Shown in pieces: positions 10,440 through 23,282 of a DNA stretch of 64,000 nucleotides (position 1 is its first letter; every line of letters starts with the position of its first letter). Under the pieces are notes generated by a model. That model did not search any database. It was given only the letters and a program-made list of their open reading frames with translations, and was not told where the DNA came from. This DNA is from Eledone cirrhosa (lineage: Eukaryota), in the NCBI GenBank assembly GCA_964016885.1, contig OZ024757.1, forward strand, positions 6,944,001-7,008,000, given 5' to 3'. Made by a program: the position numbers and the translations under genes.

Positions 10440-10737
10440 ACAACCTTTCCAGACCACAACTCGCTACCCTAAGTTAACCTCAGATCTAAGAACCTTGTAT
10501 ACTTCTCATCGGACAAGGGAAAAGAGTGTTGTGTTATTACCAGAGAGGCCTACAACAACCGAGCCCACCAACATCTCAACTATGACAGTCTCTACTCAGA
10601 CGTCACTGGAATTACACCCACACTGATAGAGAACCAGACCAACACTGCCTCGACCAACATCTCGAAGGCTCCTGAAGAGATTCTGGTAGAATTACATAAC
10701 AAGAAACACCAGACTGCCCAACTTCTGCCATCTGATC
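10440..10737 (+). mobile_element. Penelope-like element RT N-terminal fragment (DKG motif)
   Basis: Own translation from 10482: RSKNLVYFSSDKGKECCVITREAYNNRAHQHLNYDSLY, then frameshifted TRLPNFCHLI; DKG...Y...HL...Y pattern is typical of PLE RTs. Confidence 0.55.
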
Positions 10738-11447
10738 ATTTTACAGGACAGGAAAATGTTTTTTTAATCAGAAATCAGTGAATAATTAGTTTTTACTAAA
10801 TTTTCTTGACTTTATTTGACAACTAAAGTACGTATTATTTCATTTTCCATCACAACACAAACATTGACAACTTTTCTATCTGAAGTGAAATATCTTAATT
10901 ATTACAACACGTACACACATATTTCTACACACACGTCTATTTCTCTCTCTCATACGTACACACTGTATGTCTATATATATATATGTATTTATATTAACGT
11001 TTGTCTTTTAAAATTAGGGATATTAATTCTCTTCTGACCTGAACTGTCCTCAATAACAAGAACCTTAACTATAGAAGTTTTATTCATCTGTTTTATGAGC
11101 TGAGGATGTTATTGTGAATAGAGCTTCTCTCACCTTAGCAAAAAAAATAGTGGTATACTCCACAATAATCACTTATATATATATATATATATAAAGCACC
11201 CAGCACTCACTGTAAATGAGGTTGGTGTTAGGAAGGGCATCCAGCTGTAGAAATCAAGCAAGAATCAGTTCCCATATGAGCAAGACAAGGTCAGCTGACC
11301 GGACACTGCCCACAACAGGACAACCCATCTAACCTATGCTAGACGTAACGTAACAGAACGGACGTAAAACGGTGATGATGATGATGATGATATATATATA
11401 TATATATAAGCACTTGCTTTTTCTTCATCCAAGATCAGTCTTACTGC
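10737..11447 (+). pseudogene. Orphan duplicate of the ZNF gene 2 5' region, with no coding exon
   Basis: Aligns by eye to 15418-15938 including acceptor/donor; an RTE fragment starts where the homology stops. Confidence 0.8.
11193..11390 (+). mobile_element. RTE-type 3'UTR-only insertion in a (TA)n tract
   Basis: GGTTGGTGTTAGGAAGGGCATCCAGCTGTAGAAA...(GAT)n; absent from the paralogous site at ~15871-15896. Confidence 0.75.
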
Positions 11448-13240
11448 TACAAGGGTAAAGGAGATGCCCTAGATAGGGGAAACTATAGAGGCATTAAGGT
11501 AGTTGACCAGGTCATGAAGGTCACAGAAAGAGTTATAGCACAACTAATCAGAGACCAAATTGATCTAGATGAAATGCAGTTTGGGTTTGTGTCAGGTAAA
11601 AGTACCACAGACGCTCTTTTCCTTGTACAGCAACTACAGTAGAAGTAGCTAGCTAAAATTAAACCCCTTATACTCAGCTTTTCTTGACTTGGAGAAAGCC
11701 TTTGACAGAGTCCCCTGCTCCATTATCTGGTGGGCCCTTAGAAATGTAGGTGTAGATGAATGGTTTGTGAGAGCTATACAAGCCATGTACAAAGAAACAG
11801 TCAGCAAGGTTAGAATTAACAAGGAATATAGTGAAGAATTTAGTGTAAAGTAGGTGTTCAGCAAGGCCCCATCCTTAGCATCCTACTGTTTATTATTGTC
11901 CTTCAGGCTATAACAGAGGGCTTTAAGACCAGCTGCCCATGGGAACTTCTATATGCAGATGCTCTAACTCTCCTAGCCGAATCTATGGCTGAACTACAGA
12001 AGAAATTCCAAAAATGGAGGCATAGCCTTGAATCAAAAGGCCTTAAAGTTAACTTGTCTAAGACTAAAGGTCTAGTATGTAGAAAAGAAAATAGGACACT
12101 GGTGCCATGCTCTGTGTGTAGGAAAGGAGTAGGTAGAAATTCCATTCTATGTCCCAAATGCAAACTATGGGTACATAAAAGATGTAGTGAGATCACAGGT
12201 AAGCTATCTAAGAATGTAGATTTTATATGTGGCCGATGCTGATGTGAAATAAGCAGCAAGTACCCACAGGATACTAGAACCTTCTACTGCCCAGATGGTT
12301 CTATAGAAATAGTGGACACTTTCTGTTGCCTGGATGACAAAATCAGCAGTGGAGGAGGGTGCTCTGAAAGTGTAGTAGCCAGAGTTAGAACGGGATGGAG
12401 AAAGTTCAGAGAGCTTATACCGCTGCTAGACACAAACATTTCTCTCTAAAAATGAAAGGCAGATTGTATGATGCCTGTATACGAACAGCAATGTTACATG
12501 GCAGTGAGACATGGGCATTGTGTGCAGAGGACCTGCACAGATTGGAAAGGAATGAGGCATGCATGCTACATTGGACGTGTAATTGTAATATACATGAAAG
12601 GCAAAACATAATCGAACTAAGTGAGAATTAGGCATAAGAGGGATCAGATGCTGTTTACTTGAGAGAAGATTACATTGGTATGGTCATGTGATGCGAATGA
12701 AAGATGACAGCTTTATAAAAATGTGCAGGGTGATCAAAATTGATGGAAGTTACGGAGTAGGTAGACCCAGAAAAACCTGGGACGACATAAAATCCAACCT
12801 TGCACACTTACACCTCTCTTAGACAATGTCACTGGATCGAGATATATGGTGCCACACAGTAACAGAGAAGACCTGCCTTCCCTATGTGTAAAGTTAACCT
12901 ACAGTCAGTAGGCCCCTCCTAACCAAATATACACCCAACCTACACACCCTACTCCATCCTCCCACTCCCACCAACACCACCCTGTCTCTGTAAAGTTATG
13001 TTGGTACTACAACATTCAGTCCAAACTAAAGAGGTCGTGTAGGTGTCATGATGAAAAGACTCCCAGTCCACACTGGAAATGTGGTTGGTGTTAGGAAGGG
13101 CATCCAGCCATAGAAAACCTGCCAGATACAGTCCTATACAAGCGAGACACGGTCACCCGATCAATCTTGAAGTAGGACTATTCCCGTCTAACCCATGCTA
13201 GCGTTGAAGATAGACGTTAAATGATAATGATGATGATGAT
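11445..13240 (+). mobile_element. Degenerate 5'-truncated RTE LINE, same family
   Basis: RT motifs with stops/frameshifts, PHD-like cysteines at ~12108-12239, 3'UTR and (GAT)n tail. Confidence 0.9.
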
Positions 13241-13794
13241 ATATAGTGTATATAATAGTTGTAATGTCACTGGTGCTGATCTATATCAGCCTTTCCCTTG
13301 GACAACATGACATATAGTCTATATATATTGGACAATATTATATATAGTGTATATGTGGTGTATATAGTAGTTGTGACAATATTCTATATACATATGTACA
13401 CACACACTGAGAAACATGTATATACATATAGAAGGGTCGGATGAGGAGTTCATAGGCTGACCAAGTTACTCTCATGGAATGAGACAATGTATACACAAAT
13501 ATATATTATATATATGTATACAAACACATATATATTGTATAGTGAAGTCATACATCATATGGTAATATCATGTTTTCAATTGTCAGTTAGGGAGGTACAT
13601 TGTGTCCTTAAGCAAGACACATCATTCCACATGTCTCTAATCTCCACAGCTGAAAAAGACAAGTATCAGCTTTAGTTGGAGGTTTAGCATGGGTTGGATC
13701 ATTCCCTGCCTCCAACATTTTCCCTGCAGCCACAAACCCAGGCTTTACTACCTGTAATAGAGAGAAGAGGAAGATAGTTAAATACCGGGGCCTG

Positions 13795-14010
13795 ACAAAC
13801 CACTTCCTCTTTGTCCCCACACTGCTGATTTCCTTCTCAAAATTAGAAAGACAGCAGCCCCCTTGAGGAAGTAGTCCCATGAGGTGGGGTGGATGTTGTT
13901 GTGGGTGTCTCTGGCTATTCTCTGTGGTAACACCTTTGCCATTTTGTCTGTAGGGTGGGGCTGAATCACAGCTCAGACTGAAATATAAAGTCTGTCCCTG
14001 TCCCGTTATT
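13795..14010. repeat. Dispersed duplicated block, second copy at ~22688-22912
   Basis: CCACTTCCTCT..GTCCCCACACTGCTGATTTCCTTCTCAAAATTAGAAAG...GGGGCTGAATCACAGCTCAGACTG in both. Confidence 0.85.
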
Positions 14011-14013
14011 TTT

Positions 14014-14200
14014 GGTGGATTGGCAGTGTCGGTAGAGTGTCGAACGCCAAGCTTTGTAGCATAGAGTTACCTCCCTTTATGATCTGAGTTCAAATCCCGC
14101 CGAGGTTAACTTTGCCTTTGATCCTTACGAGATCGATAAAATAAAGTACCAGTAATACACTGCGATAATTACTCGCCTTGTGCCAAAAGTAGAAACAATT
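14014..14200 (+). mobile_element. tRNA-derived SINE
   Basis: Same family; B-box GAGTTCAAATCC; ends GTAGAAACAATT. Confidence 0.88.
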
Positions 14201-14731
14201 ATTTTCGTTGTTTGATTCGTTTTTTCTTTTTTTTTCCATTACGTAAATATTTTATTACCTTTAATAATGTGTTTTGGTTTAATATGAACAGTTATATAAC
14301 ATTAATAACGTTATTTATTCAAATCTGAATAAAGTACTAGCATATCTATTGAACGTATGAATCTAAACTATAATAAAAGAAGGAGCGCGGGACTGCGTAC
14401 AGTTTCTAATTGTTTATCCCATTAATAAAATAAGTTAGATTACTTTGAATAAATAATGAATGACTATTACATAATTTATCTACTAAATTTCGGGGCTGTT
14501 GATTAAATATATTTTGTTTGTTTAAAAATTCACTTCTTTAAAATTTCTGAAATGCCAACACTTCCGGTTGGCCATCACTTCAATAAACTATTAATTTTCT
14601 GTCACTAATTTTCTCCTAATGCAGTTTATATATAATATCGTCCTTTTTAATGTATCATGGATTACGTTACTGATTACATAAGACAGTGTAACACAGTCTT
14701 TGTTCAATTTCTGTGTATTATATATTGTCAA

Positions 14732-14920
14732 GGCGGTGGATTGGCAGTATTGGTAGAGGGTCGGACGCCATGCTTTGACGCATAGAGTTACGGCCCTTGC
14801 CATTCTGAGTTCAAATCCCGCCGAAGTTAACTTTGCCTTTCATCCTTACGGGGTCGATAAAATAAAGTACCAGTAATACACTGTTATTTGCTTGCCTTGT
14901 GCCTAACGTAGAAACAATTA
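14732..14920 (+). mobile_element. Full-length tRNA-derived SINE with 15-bp TSD
   Basis: ATTATATATTGTCAA at 14717-14731 and 14917-14931; A/B boxes. Confidence 0.92.
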
Positions 14921-14978
14921 TATATTGTCAATTATGATTTTATTTGATGTATCATATCTACATGTATATATATATAAT

Positions 14979-15152
14979 TGCGTATAATATCAATATACAC
15001 ACTACACATGCTATCAGAAAACCACCCAAAGGTAGCATGTGTAGTGTGTATATTGATATTATACGCAGGTATATATATACATGTATCATATATACTTGCG
15101 TATAATATCAATATACATACTACACATGCTACCTTCGGGTGGTTTTCTGGTA
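14979..15152. repeat. Nested inverted repeats, MITE-like
   Basis: TGCGTATAATATCAATATACA.ACTACACATGCTA occurs forward, reverse and forward again. Confidence 0.85.
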
Positions 15153-15195
15153 GTTCATATAACGGAAGTTGTTTCTGAATGTATTAAATTATGTG

Positions 15196-15560
15196 GGGGA
15201 CTTTTAAGTGATGACACCGGTGTCAACTAGACGGTGAAATATTACTATTTATATTAGCTCCATTGTTACAACTTAAACCTCATCTAATTTTATCTTTTAT
15301 GGTGATTATTTCATATTAAGGTGGACGTTAATGTTTGTAAATAACATAAGGTGACTTATTTACCTTATAGTTGTTGTTTTATCACCTGTATTATTAAATA
15401 TTGAAGGGGTTGTTCAACATTTTACAGGACAGGAAAATATTATTTTAATCAGAAATCAGTGAACATTTAGTTTTTACTAACTTTTCTTGACTTTATATTT
15501 GGTCTTGACAACTAAAGTACGTATTATTTCGTTTTCCACCACAACACAAACAGTGTGAAC
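15196..15560 (+). promoter_or_regulatory. Conserved upstream block of ZNF gene 2 with putative 89-nt non-coding exon (15428-15516)
   Basis: GGGACTTTTAAGTGATGACACCGGTG; TTTTACAG|GACAG ... AAA|GTACGT; ETS-like AACGGAAGT at 15161. Confidence 0.6.
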
Positions 15561-16126
15561 TTTTCTATCTGAAGTGAAATATCTTGATTTATTACAACAC
15601 CTACACACATATTTCTACACACACGTCTATTTATTTATTTCTCTCTCATACCTACACACTGTATGTCTGTATATATATATATATATATATATATTAACCT
15701 TCATCTTTTGAAATTCTGGATATTAATCCTCTTGTCACCTGAACTGTCCCCAATAACAAGAACCTTAACTATAGAAGTCTTATTCGTCTGTTTTATGAGC
15801 TGAGTATTTTATTGTGAATAGAGCTTCTCTCACCTTAACAATAATAATAGTGATATATTCCACAATAATCACACACACACACACATATATATATATAAGC
15901 ACTTGCCTTTTCTTCATCCAAGATCAGTCTTACACTGACATATGTCTTATTACTTTACCAATTAAATGCTACATTACAACTTGTAGAAGAAGAAAGCAGA
16001 CTTCTGCAGTCTTTTATGGACCCTTTGTATATTAGAATACATGGCATCTATTAACGATATCTTCATTTCTTAATGTATCAGTAAAAGTAGTGAGAATCCT
16101 TTATGTAAAGATCACTAGCTAGAAAT

Positions 16127-17233
16127 ATGTCTGAATATAGCTGTGAGATTTGTAGGAAAACTTTCTCTTCAAAACTGAAACTATCCTCACACGAGAAAAT
16201 ACACACAGGAGAAAAATCCTTCCATTGTGAAATATGTGGGAAATATTTTGTCTCGAACAGAAATTTAAAAAGGCATATAAGAACACACACTGGAGAAAAA
16301 CCCTTCCATTGTGAAATATGTGGGAAATCTTTTTCTCGTGTTGCTAATCTTGAAGATCACAAAAGAATACACACAGGAGAGAAACCTTATTCATGTGAAA
16401 TATGTGGGAAATCTTTTTCTTGTAATTCTAGTCATGTAAAACACATAAGAACACACACAGGAGAAAAACCTTATTCATGTGAAATATGTGGGAAATCTTT
16501 TTCTCAGAAGGTCCATCTTGTCGATCACAAAAGAATACACACAGGAGAAAAACCTTATTCGTGTGAAATATGTGGGAAATCTTTTTCTCATAGTTCTCAT
16601 CTTGTATATCACAAAAGAATACATACTGGTGAAAAACCTTATTCGTGTGAAATATGTGGGAAATCTTGTTCAAATAGTTCTCATCTTGTATATCACAAAA
16701 GAATACATACTGGTGAAAAACCTTATTCGTGTGAAATATGTGGGAAATCTTTTTCTAGGAATTCTATTCTTGTACAGCACAAAAGAACACACACAGGAGA
16801 AAAACCTTATTCATGTGAAATATGTGGGAAATCTTTTTCTTGTAATTCTAATCTTGTCGATCACAAAAGAATACACACAGGAGAAAAACCTTATTCATGT
16901 GAAATATGTGGGAAATCTTTTTCTTGTAATTCTAATCTTGTAAAACACATAAGAACACACCCAGGAGAAAAACCTTATTCATGTAAAATATGTGGGAAAT
17001 CCTTTTCTTGTAATTCTCGTCTTGTAGTTCACATAAGAACACACACAGGAGAAAAACCTTATTCATGTAAAATATGTGGGAAATCCTTTTCTTGTAATTC
17101 TCATCTTGTCGATCACAAAATAATACACACAGGAGAAAAACATTTCCATTGTGAAATATGTGGGAAATCTTTTTCTAGTAATTCTACACTTGCAGATCAC
17201 AAAAGAATACACACAGGAGAAAAAGCTTATTAA
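16127..17233 (+). CDS. Tandem C2H2 zinc-finger protein, 368 aa, 13 fingers
   Basis: CEICGKSF-x-HxRxHTGEKP repeats; ends at an in-frame TAA inside a linker. Confidence 0.9.
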   Translation: MSEYSCEICRKTFSSKLKLSSHEKIHTGEKSFHCEICGKYFVSNRNLKRHIRTHTGEKPFHCEICGKSFSRVANLEDHKRIHTGEKPYSCEICGKSFSCNSSHVKHIRTHTGEKPYSCEICGKSFSQKVHLVDHKRIHTGEKPYSCEICGKSFSHSSHLVYHKRIHTGEKPYSCEICGKSCSNSSHLVYHKRIHTGEKPYSCEICGKSFSRNSILVQHKRTHTGEKPYSCEICGKSFSCNSNLVDHKRIHTGEKPYSCEICGKSFSCNSNLVKHIRTHPGEKPYSCKICGKSFSCNSRLVVHIRTHTGEKPYSCKICGKSFSCNSHLVDHKIIHTGEKHFHCEICGKSFSSNSTLADHKRIHTGEKAY

Positions 17234-17560
<327 letters not shown>

Positions 17561-17656
17561 ACCCCATCACTGAAATGTGAAACACACAAATATACAGACA
17601 CACTCTGGAAGGAAGAATATAAAATGTGAAGCTTGAAAAATCCTTATCTTATACTT

Positions 17657-18103
17657 ATCATCATCACCGTTTTACGTCATGTGACCTCGTCTTGCTCGTA
17701 CGGGAACTGATTTTGGCTTGATTTCTACAGCTTGATGTCCTTCTCAACACAAAACCTCATTTACTGTGTGTGCTAGGTGCTTTTTTTACCATGGTGCCTA
17801 CACAGCCACTTTACTCTGGGGGCTGAGTGCTTTTTTGTTGACCACTTTACAGTGGGTCGGGATGGGGACATATTTGTCTATATGCTTCAGCTTCGGCTTG
17901 TAGCCATGTGAAGTCAGGTCTTCTGTATTACTGCATGATGCCAGAGGGCACCGTCCTGCGTCATCGCTTTTGAGAGGTGCAATTGGGCAAGGTCAGCTTT
18001 TATCACCTCATCCCGGGTCTTCCTGGATCTCCCCACTCCATGGCTTCCAGTGACATTTAGTGCTCTGCACCTGTTAATGCAGCTGTCATCCTTCATATGC
18101 ATC
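17657..18103 (-). mobile_element. RTE 3' fragment
   Basis: ORF 17914..18102 MKDDSCINRCRA...GRSRKT; 3'UTR and (GAT)n tail reversed. Confidence 0.8.
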
Positions 18104-18511
18104 TATATATTTATATACTCTATCAAATGGAAGAAGTATACTGCCATATATTGAAGATTACTACAATATCTAGGGAGCGAAGGACAAGATATGCCAGACA
18201 TTCCTACCGATGAATGGAAGGATCTGATGAGCTGGCTCCTGTGGTGGATACCTAAACATAGTAAGACCCTAGTGAGATGACTGAAAATGACCTACATAGA
18301 TCAGATGTCTAGGGATGTTCAGGTAGGGATTAATGATCTCAAGAATGCCACGAAATAATAATATATATTAATGAACATTTATTATGGTGAAATATGTTGG
18401 AAATTATTCTCAGGTTTTGTATTGTAATCCACAAATACACCCTGTAGAACGTTCTACTTCATATTTGTCATTAAGGTTTCTTATAGAGACACAATCTTAT
18501 TTTATTGGTGA

Positions 18512-18825
18512 TGGTGGTGGATTGGCAGAATCAGTAGAGTGTCAGACGATATGCTTTGTGTCATATAGTTACATCCCTTTACGTTCTGTATTAAAAACCT
18601 GCTGAGGTTAGCTTTACTCTTCTTCCTCAGAGGTTCAGTAAAATAAAGTACCAGTAATGCACTGGGGTTGAGTTAAAAGTAGAAACATTTATTTAAAGTC
18701 TATAAAACAATGGATGGAATGCTTTCTGCCATATTTGTTCTGGTTCTCTGCTCTGAGTTTAAATCCTGCTGAGGTCAACTTTGTCTTTCATCCATTCAAG
18801 GTTGATAACAAAAAAGTACCAGTCT
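18512..18825 (+). mobile_element. Two degenerate SINE copies (~18512-18690, ~18740-18825)
   Basis: GGTGGATTGGCAG head, AAATAAAGTACCAG core. Confidence 0.7.
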
Positions 18826-19625
18826 ACCACAGGGGTCTGTTCTTCCTCCCTATATTTCTTTCTCACTTCCTCTCTCTCATTCTCTCTCCTTCTCTGGAAG
18901 AAATCACCTGTCCCAACCTGGAGAGTGAAGGGCTCCACCAAGCTTCAGATGTCCACAGTGACACCCCTATGACTCCATCAGTGCAAGAAAAACAAACAAG
19001 ATTGATGTGTTTATATGTGTTATTTTACAAACACTAACTGGTTTATATTTATATTTGTGACAAAATATCCACATTTATGTGTAAATAAAAACAATTTTAT
19101 AACTTTAATATTTGTTGATGGTACTTTCATGACAGTTGAAATTATGACTTTTTTTTAGAAATAATTCACATTTGAAAATACTCTACAACTTTCTTCTCTT
19201 GCCACACAAGGGTTTGGTAGGACCCTTCAGCTCTGTCAAAGACATGACAACCTCTTTAGTACTGGTGCCACAATAAAATACACTCAGTAGAATGTAGAAT
19301 AACCACTGCCCCTGGTTTGTAAAGACCTGTCCCACCCTTGCTAGCAGGAAAAGTAGACATTAAATGATGATCTATGATGTCATTGGTGCCAAGTTGTTTC
19401 AGCTATTCCCTTGGACAACATTATATATAATGTGTATGTAGTATATATATAGTTTATATATTGTCTATATGTAGCATATACTCTATATATGCAGTATTTA
19501 TATATAGTGAATATTTCGTGTATATGAAGCACATACTCTATATACATAGTATTTAAATGTAAATATATAGTGTATATATTGTGTATATGTAGCATGTACA
19601 CTATATACATAGTATTTATATGTAT

Positions 19626-21982
19626 CAATTAAGGCCAAAAAGCAGGCTTGGAAAGTATGGCGGGATGGGGGAAGCAGAGAAGACTATCAAGTGGCCAGGA
19701 GGGAAGCTAGGAGACAAGTGTACTTCGCAAGAAGGGAAGCAGAGGAAAGAAAGTTCAAGCATGTCCTACAACGCGAGGACCAAAAACGTGAGGTGTTCAG
19801 GATTGCTAGGCAATGTGTCAAGGAAAACCATGATATTGTCGGGGAGAAGTGTGTACTTAATGATGACGACGTACTTGCCATCACCGACGCTGATAAGAAG
19901 GTAGCTTGGAAGTGTCACTATGAAAGGCTACTAAATGAGAAGAATAAATGGGAGAAAGACAGTCTCCCCCACATCGACCCAATAGAGGGACCAGCAGTGT
20001 TAGTTGAGGGGAGTATAATAAGTAAGGCAATCAAAGATATGAAGACGGGTAAGGCGGCTGGGCCTTCGGAAATAGTTACCGAGATGCTGAAGGCATCTGG
20101 TATGGTGGGACACACCATGGTCACCCGGATAGTTAACCAAGTCATACAGAATGGGCTTGTTCCAAAGGACTGGCGTAGCAGCATCATCGTTAACTGTTAT
20201 AAGGGTAAAGGAGATGCCCTAGATAGGAGTAACTATAGAGGCATTAAATTAATCGACCAGGTGATGAAGGTCACAGAAAAAGTAATAGCGCAACTAATCA
20301 GAGAGAGAATTGATCTAGATGAAATGCAGTTCGGGTTTGTGTCAGGCAAAAGTACCACAGACGCTCTTTTCATTGTACGACAACTACAGGAGAAGTACCT
20401 AGCTAAAAGTAAACCCCTATACTTAGCTTTTGTCGACTTCAACAGAGTCCCCCGTTCCATTATCTGGTGGGCTCTTAGAAAACTAGGTGTTGATGAATGG
20501 CTTGTGAGAGCTATACAAGCCATGTATAAAGAAACAGTCAGCAAGGTTAGAATTAACAACGAATATAGTGAAGAGTTTAGCGTAAAAGTTGGCGTCCATC
20601 AGGGCTCTGTTCTCAGGCCCCTACTATTTATTATTGCCCTTCAGGCTATAACAGAGGAGTTCAAGACCGGTTGCCCATGGGAACTCCTATACGCAGATGA
20701 CCTAACACTCATAGCTGAATCAATGGCCGAGCTAGAGAAGAAATTCCAAACATGGAAGCACGGCCTAGAATCAAAAGGCCTTAAAATTAACCGGGCTAAG
20801 ACTAAAGTTCTAGTTTGTAAGAAAGAAAATAAGGCGGCGGTCCCTTCCGAGAAGTGGCCATGCTCAGTGTGTAGGAAAGGCGTAGGTAGAAACTCCATTT
20901 TGTGTCCCAAATGCAAAGTATGGGTGCATAAAAGATGTAGTGGGATCACAGGTAAGCTAACTAAGAACATAGATTTTACATGTGGCCGGTGCTCTGGTGC
21001 AATAAGTAGGGGGTTCTATAGAAATAGTGGACAGCTTCTGTTACCTGGGTGACAAAATCAGCAGTGGGGGAGGGTGCTCTGAAAGTGCAGCATCTAGAGT
21101 CAGAACTGGATGGAAAAAGTTCAGAGAGCTTATACCACTATTAGTCGCTAAAGGGTTCTCCCTAAAAATGAAAGGCAGGTTGTATGATGCCTGCATACGA
21201 ACAGCAATGTTGCATGGCAGTGAAACCTGGGCATTGTGTGCAGAGGATATACGCAGACTAGAGAGAAACGAAGCTTGCATGCTCCGCTGGATGTGTAATA
21301 GTAATATACGTGAACGGCAAAGCATAAACGAACTAAAGAAAAAATTAGAAATAAGAGGCATCAGATGTTGTTTACTCGAGAGAAGGCTACGTTGGTATGG
21401 TCACGTGATGCGCATGAAAGACGATAGCTCTATAACAAAGTGCAGTGCAATAAAGATAGACGGTAGCCACGGAGTAGGCAGACCCAGAAATACCTGGGAC
21501 GAGCTGATAAATTCCGACCTCACACACTTACACCTCACGAAGACAATGTCACTGGACCGAGACCTTTGGCGGTACTCAGTAATAGAGAAGACCCGCCTTA
21601 CCTAAATACAAAGTAAAACCTACTACAGTCAGTAGGCATCGCTAACAAAATACACCCCCCCCCCACCCCATCCACACCGCCCCTTTTCAATGTAAATTTA
21701 TGTTGGTGCCACAACATCCAGGCCGAAACAAATGAGATCGTGTAGGTGTCACGACAAAAAACACACAGTCCACCCTGTAATGTGGCCGTGTATGCAACAC
21801 GGTAAAAACCTCCCAGCCCCACACTGTAAATGTGGTTGGTGTTAGGAAGGGCATCCAGCTGTAGAAAACCCGCCAGACAGTCCTATGCGAGCAACAGAAC
21901 CACTCTTGCCTCAAGTGGGAAAACCCCCGTCCAAACCCATGCAAGCGTGGAACACGGACGTTAAACGATGATGATGATGATG
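19626..21982 (+). mobile_element. 5'-truncated RTE LINE; ORF split by a small deletion (19691-21052 and 21027-21605)
   Basis: RT motifs, PHD-type insert 20861-20992, ~40-bp deletion near 21010 relative to the 7481-9541 copy, (GAT)n tail; inserted in a low-complexity minisatellite. Confidence 0.93.
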
Positions 21983-22111
21983 TATATTTTGTGTATATGT
22001 AGCACGTACACTATATACATAGTATTTATATGTATATATATAGTGTATATTTTTGTGTATATGTAGCACATACTATATACGTATGTATATATATAGTGTA
22101 TATTTTGTGTA

Positions 22112-22680
22112 TCATCATTACACTACTTTTCCATGCTTGCATGGGTTGGACCGGTCCTTCTTAGCACGACATCTCTCCACTAGATGCATTCCTTCGTCAT
22201 CTCCTCTTCCAGTATTCACAATTTGAGTTAAGCTCTCACAACATTTGCCCCTGACTTTCTTGGTCGTCCTCTACTGCAGCTTCCTTCCACTAGGATTTCC
22301 TCAGCTAGTCCAAGCTCTGTATTTCTCTAACATATACGTTGCAGATCCAACAAAACATGGCTGCCTCATTTTTCTCCAGTCTAATCGCATCATCTGCAGT
22401 CACAGCCCATGTTTCTCTACCATGCAGTATTGTGCACTTCACACAGGCTTTATATACCCTTCCTTTTGTGTGTAGGGAGAAACCTTATGTTATCAGCAGT
22501 AGTAGTTCACTAAATTTCCATCCTATCCTTATTCAAGCCACTCTACTCTTGGCACACCCTCCTCTGCTGCTGATTAGGTCACCTAGATAGCAGAAGCTAT
22601 CAACCACATCTATAGATCCTTCCTGTGACTGGAAACGGTGTATAACAGTAGCACTCTTCCTCTCAATTTCTGCTGTGCTG
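22112..22680 (-). mobile_element. Older related RTE subfamily, 3' fragment
   Basis: Translation EGSIDVVDSFCYLGDLISSRGGC; AACCCATGCAAGCATGGAAA-type terminus reversed. Confidence 0.7.
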
Positions 22681-23114
22681 CCTAACCAACCACTTCCTCT
22701 CTGTCCCCACACTGCTGATTTCCTTCTCAAAATTAGAAAGACCACAGCCCACTTGAGGAAGGAGTCCCATGAGGTGGGGTGGATGTTGCAGTGGGTGTCT
22801 CTGGCTATTCTTTGTGGTAACACCTTTGTCACTTTGTCTGTAGAGTGGGGCTGAATCACAGCTCAGACTGGAATATAGTGTCTGTCCCTCACCCTCTCCC
22901 ATTATTTTCGTTGCTAGATACGTTTTCGTTACTAAATAAAATATAATTAGATTAATGAAAGTTATAATTAAGATAGCAGGTCGTTGACAATGTTTCCCTT
23001 TCCGGTTTTTGACCAGTGTCATACGTTAAAAGTCCCTAATATAATTTAAAATATAAGTATATTGCCTGTACGTTTATAAACACACTCTCTCGTGTGTAAT
23101 CGTTTTTTATATTA

Positions 23115-23147
<33 letters not shown>

Positions 23148-23282
23148 GAAATATTGTGTACAGTGCTCAGGTGCACTACAACTCATCAAAAGTGTATGTA
23201 TAGTACATAGGGTAATGTACAAACGTCAGGAAAATGAACAGTGCATGAGTCATGCTACACGCATGTGTATGGAAGGGGTACA

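Noticed and set aside
17231-17233. Rescue of premature stops by A-to-I editing (also the CR1 TAG stops)
   Set aside because: UAA needs two edits and the next finger is already broken; no sequence evidence, and ordinary decay is simpler
19571-22035. Apparent ~55-bp target-site duplication around the RTE
   Set aside because: The host site is itself a tandem minisatellite, so a TSD cannot be told apart from a pre-existing unit
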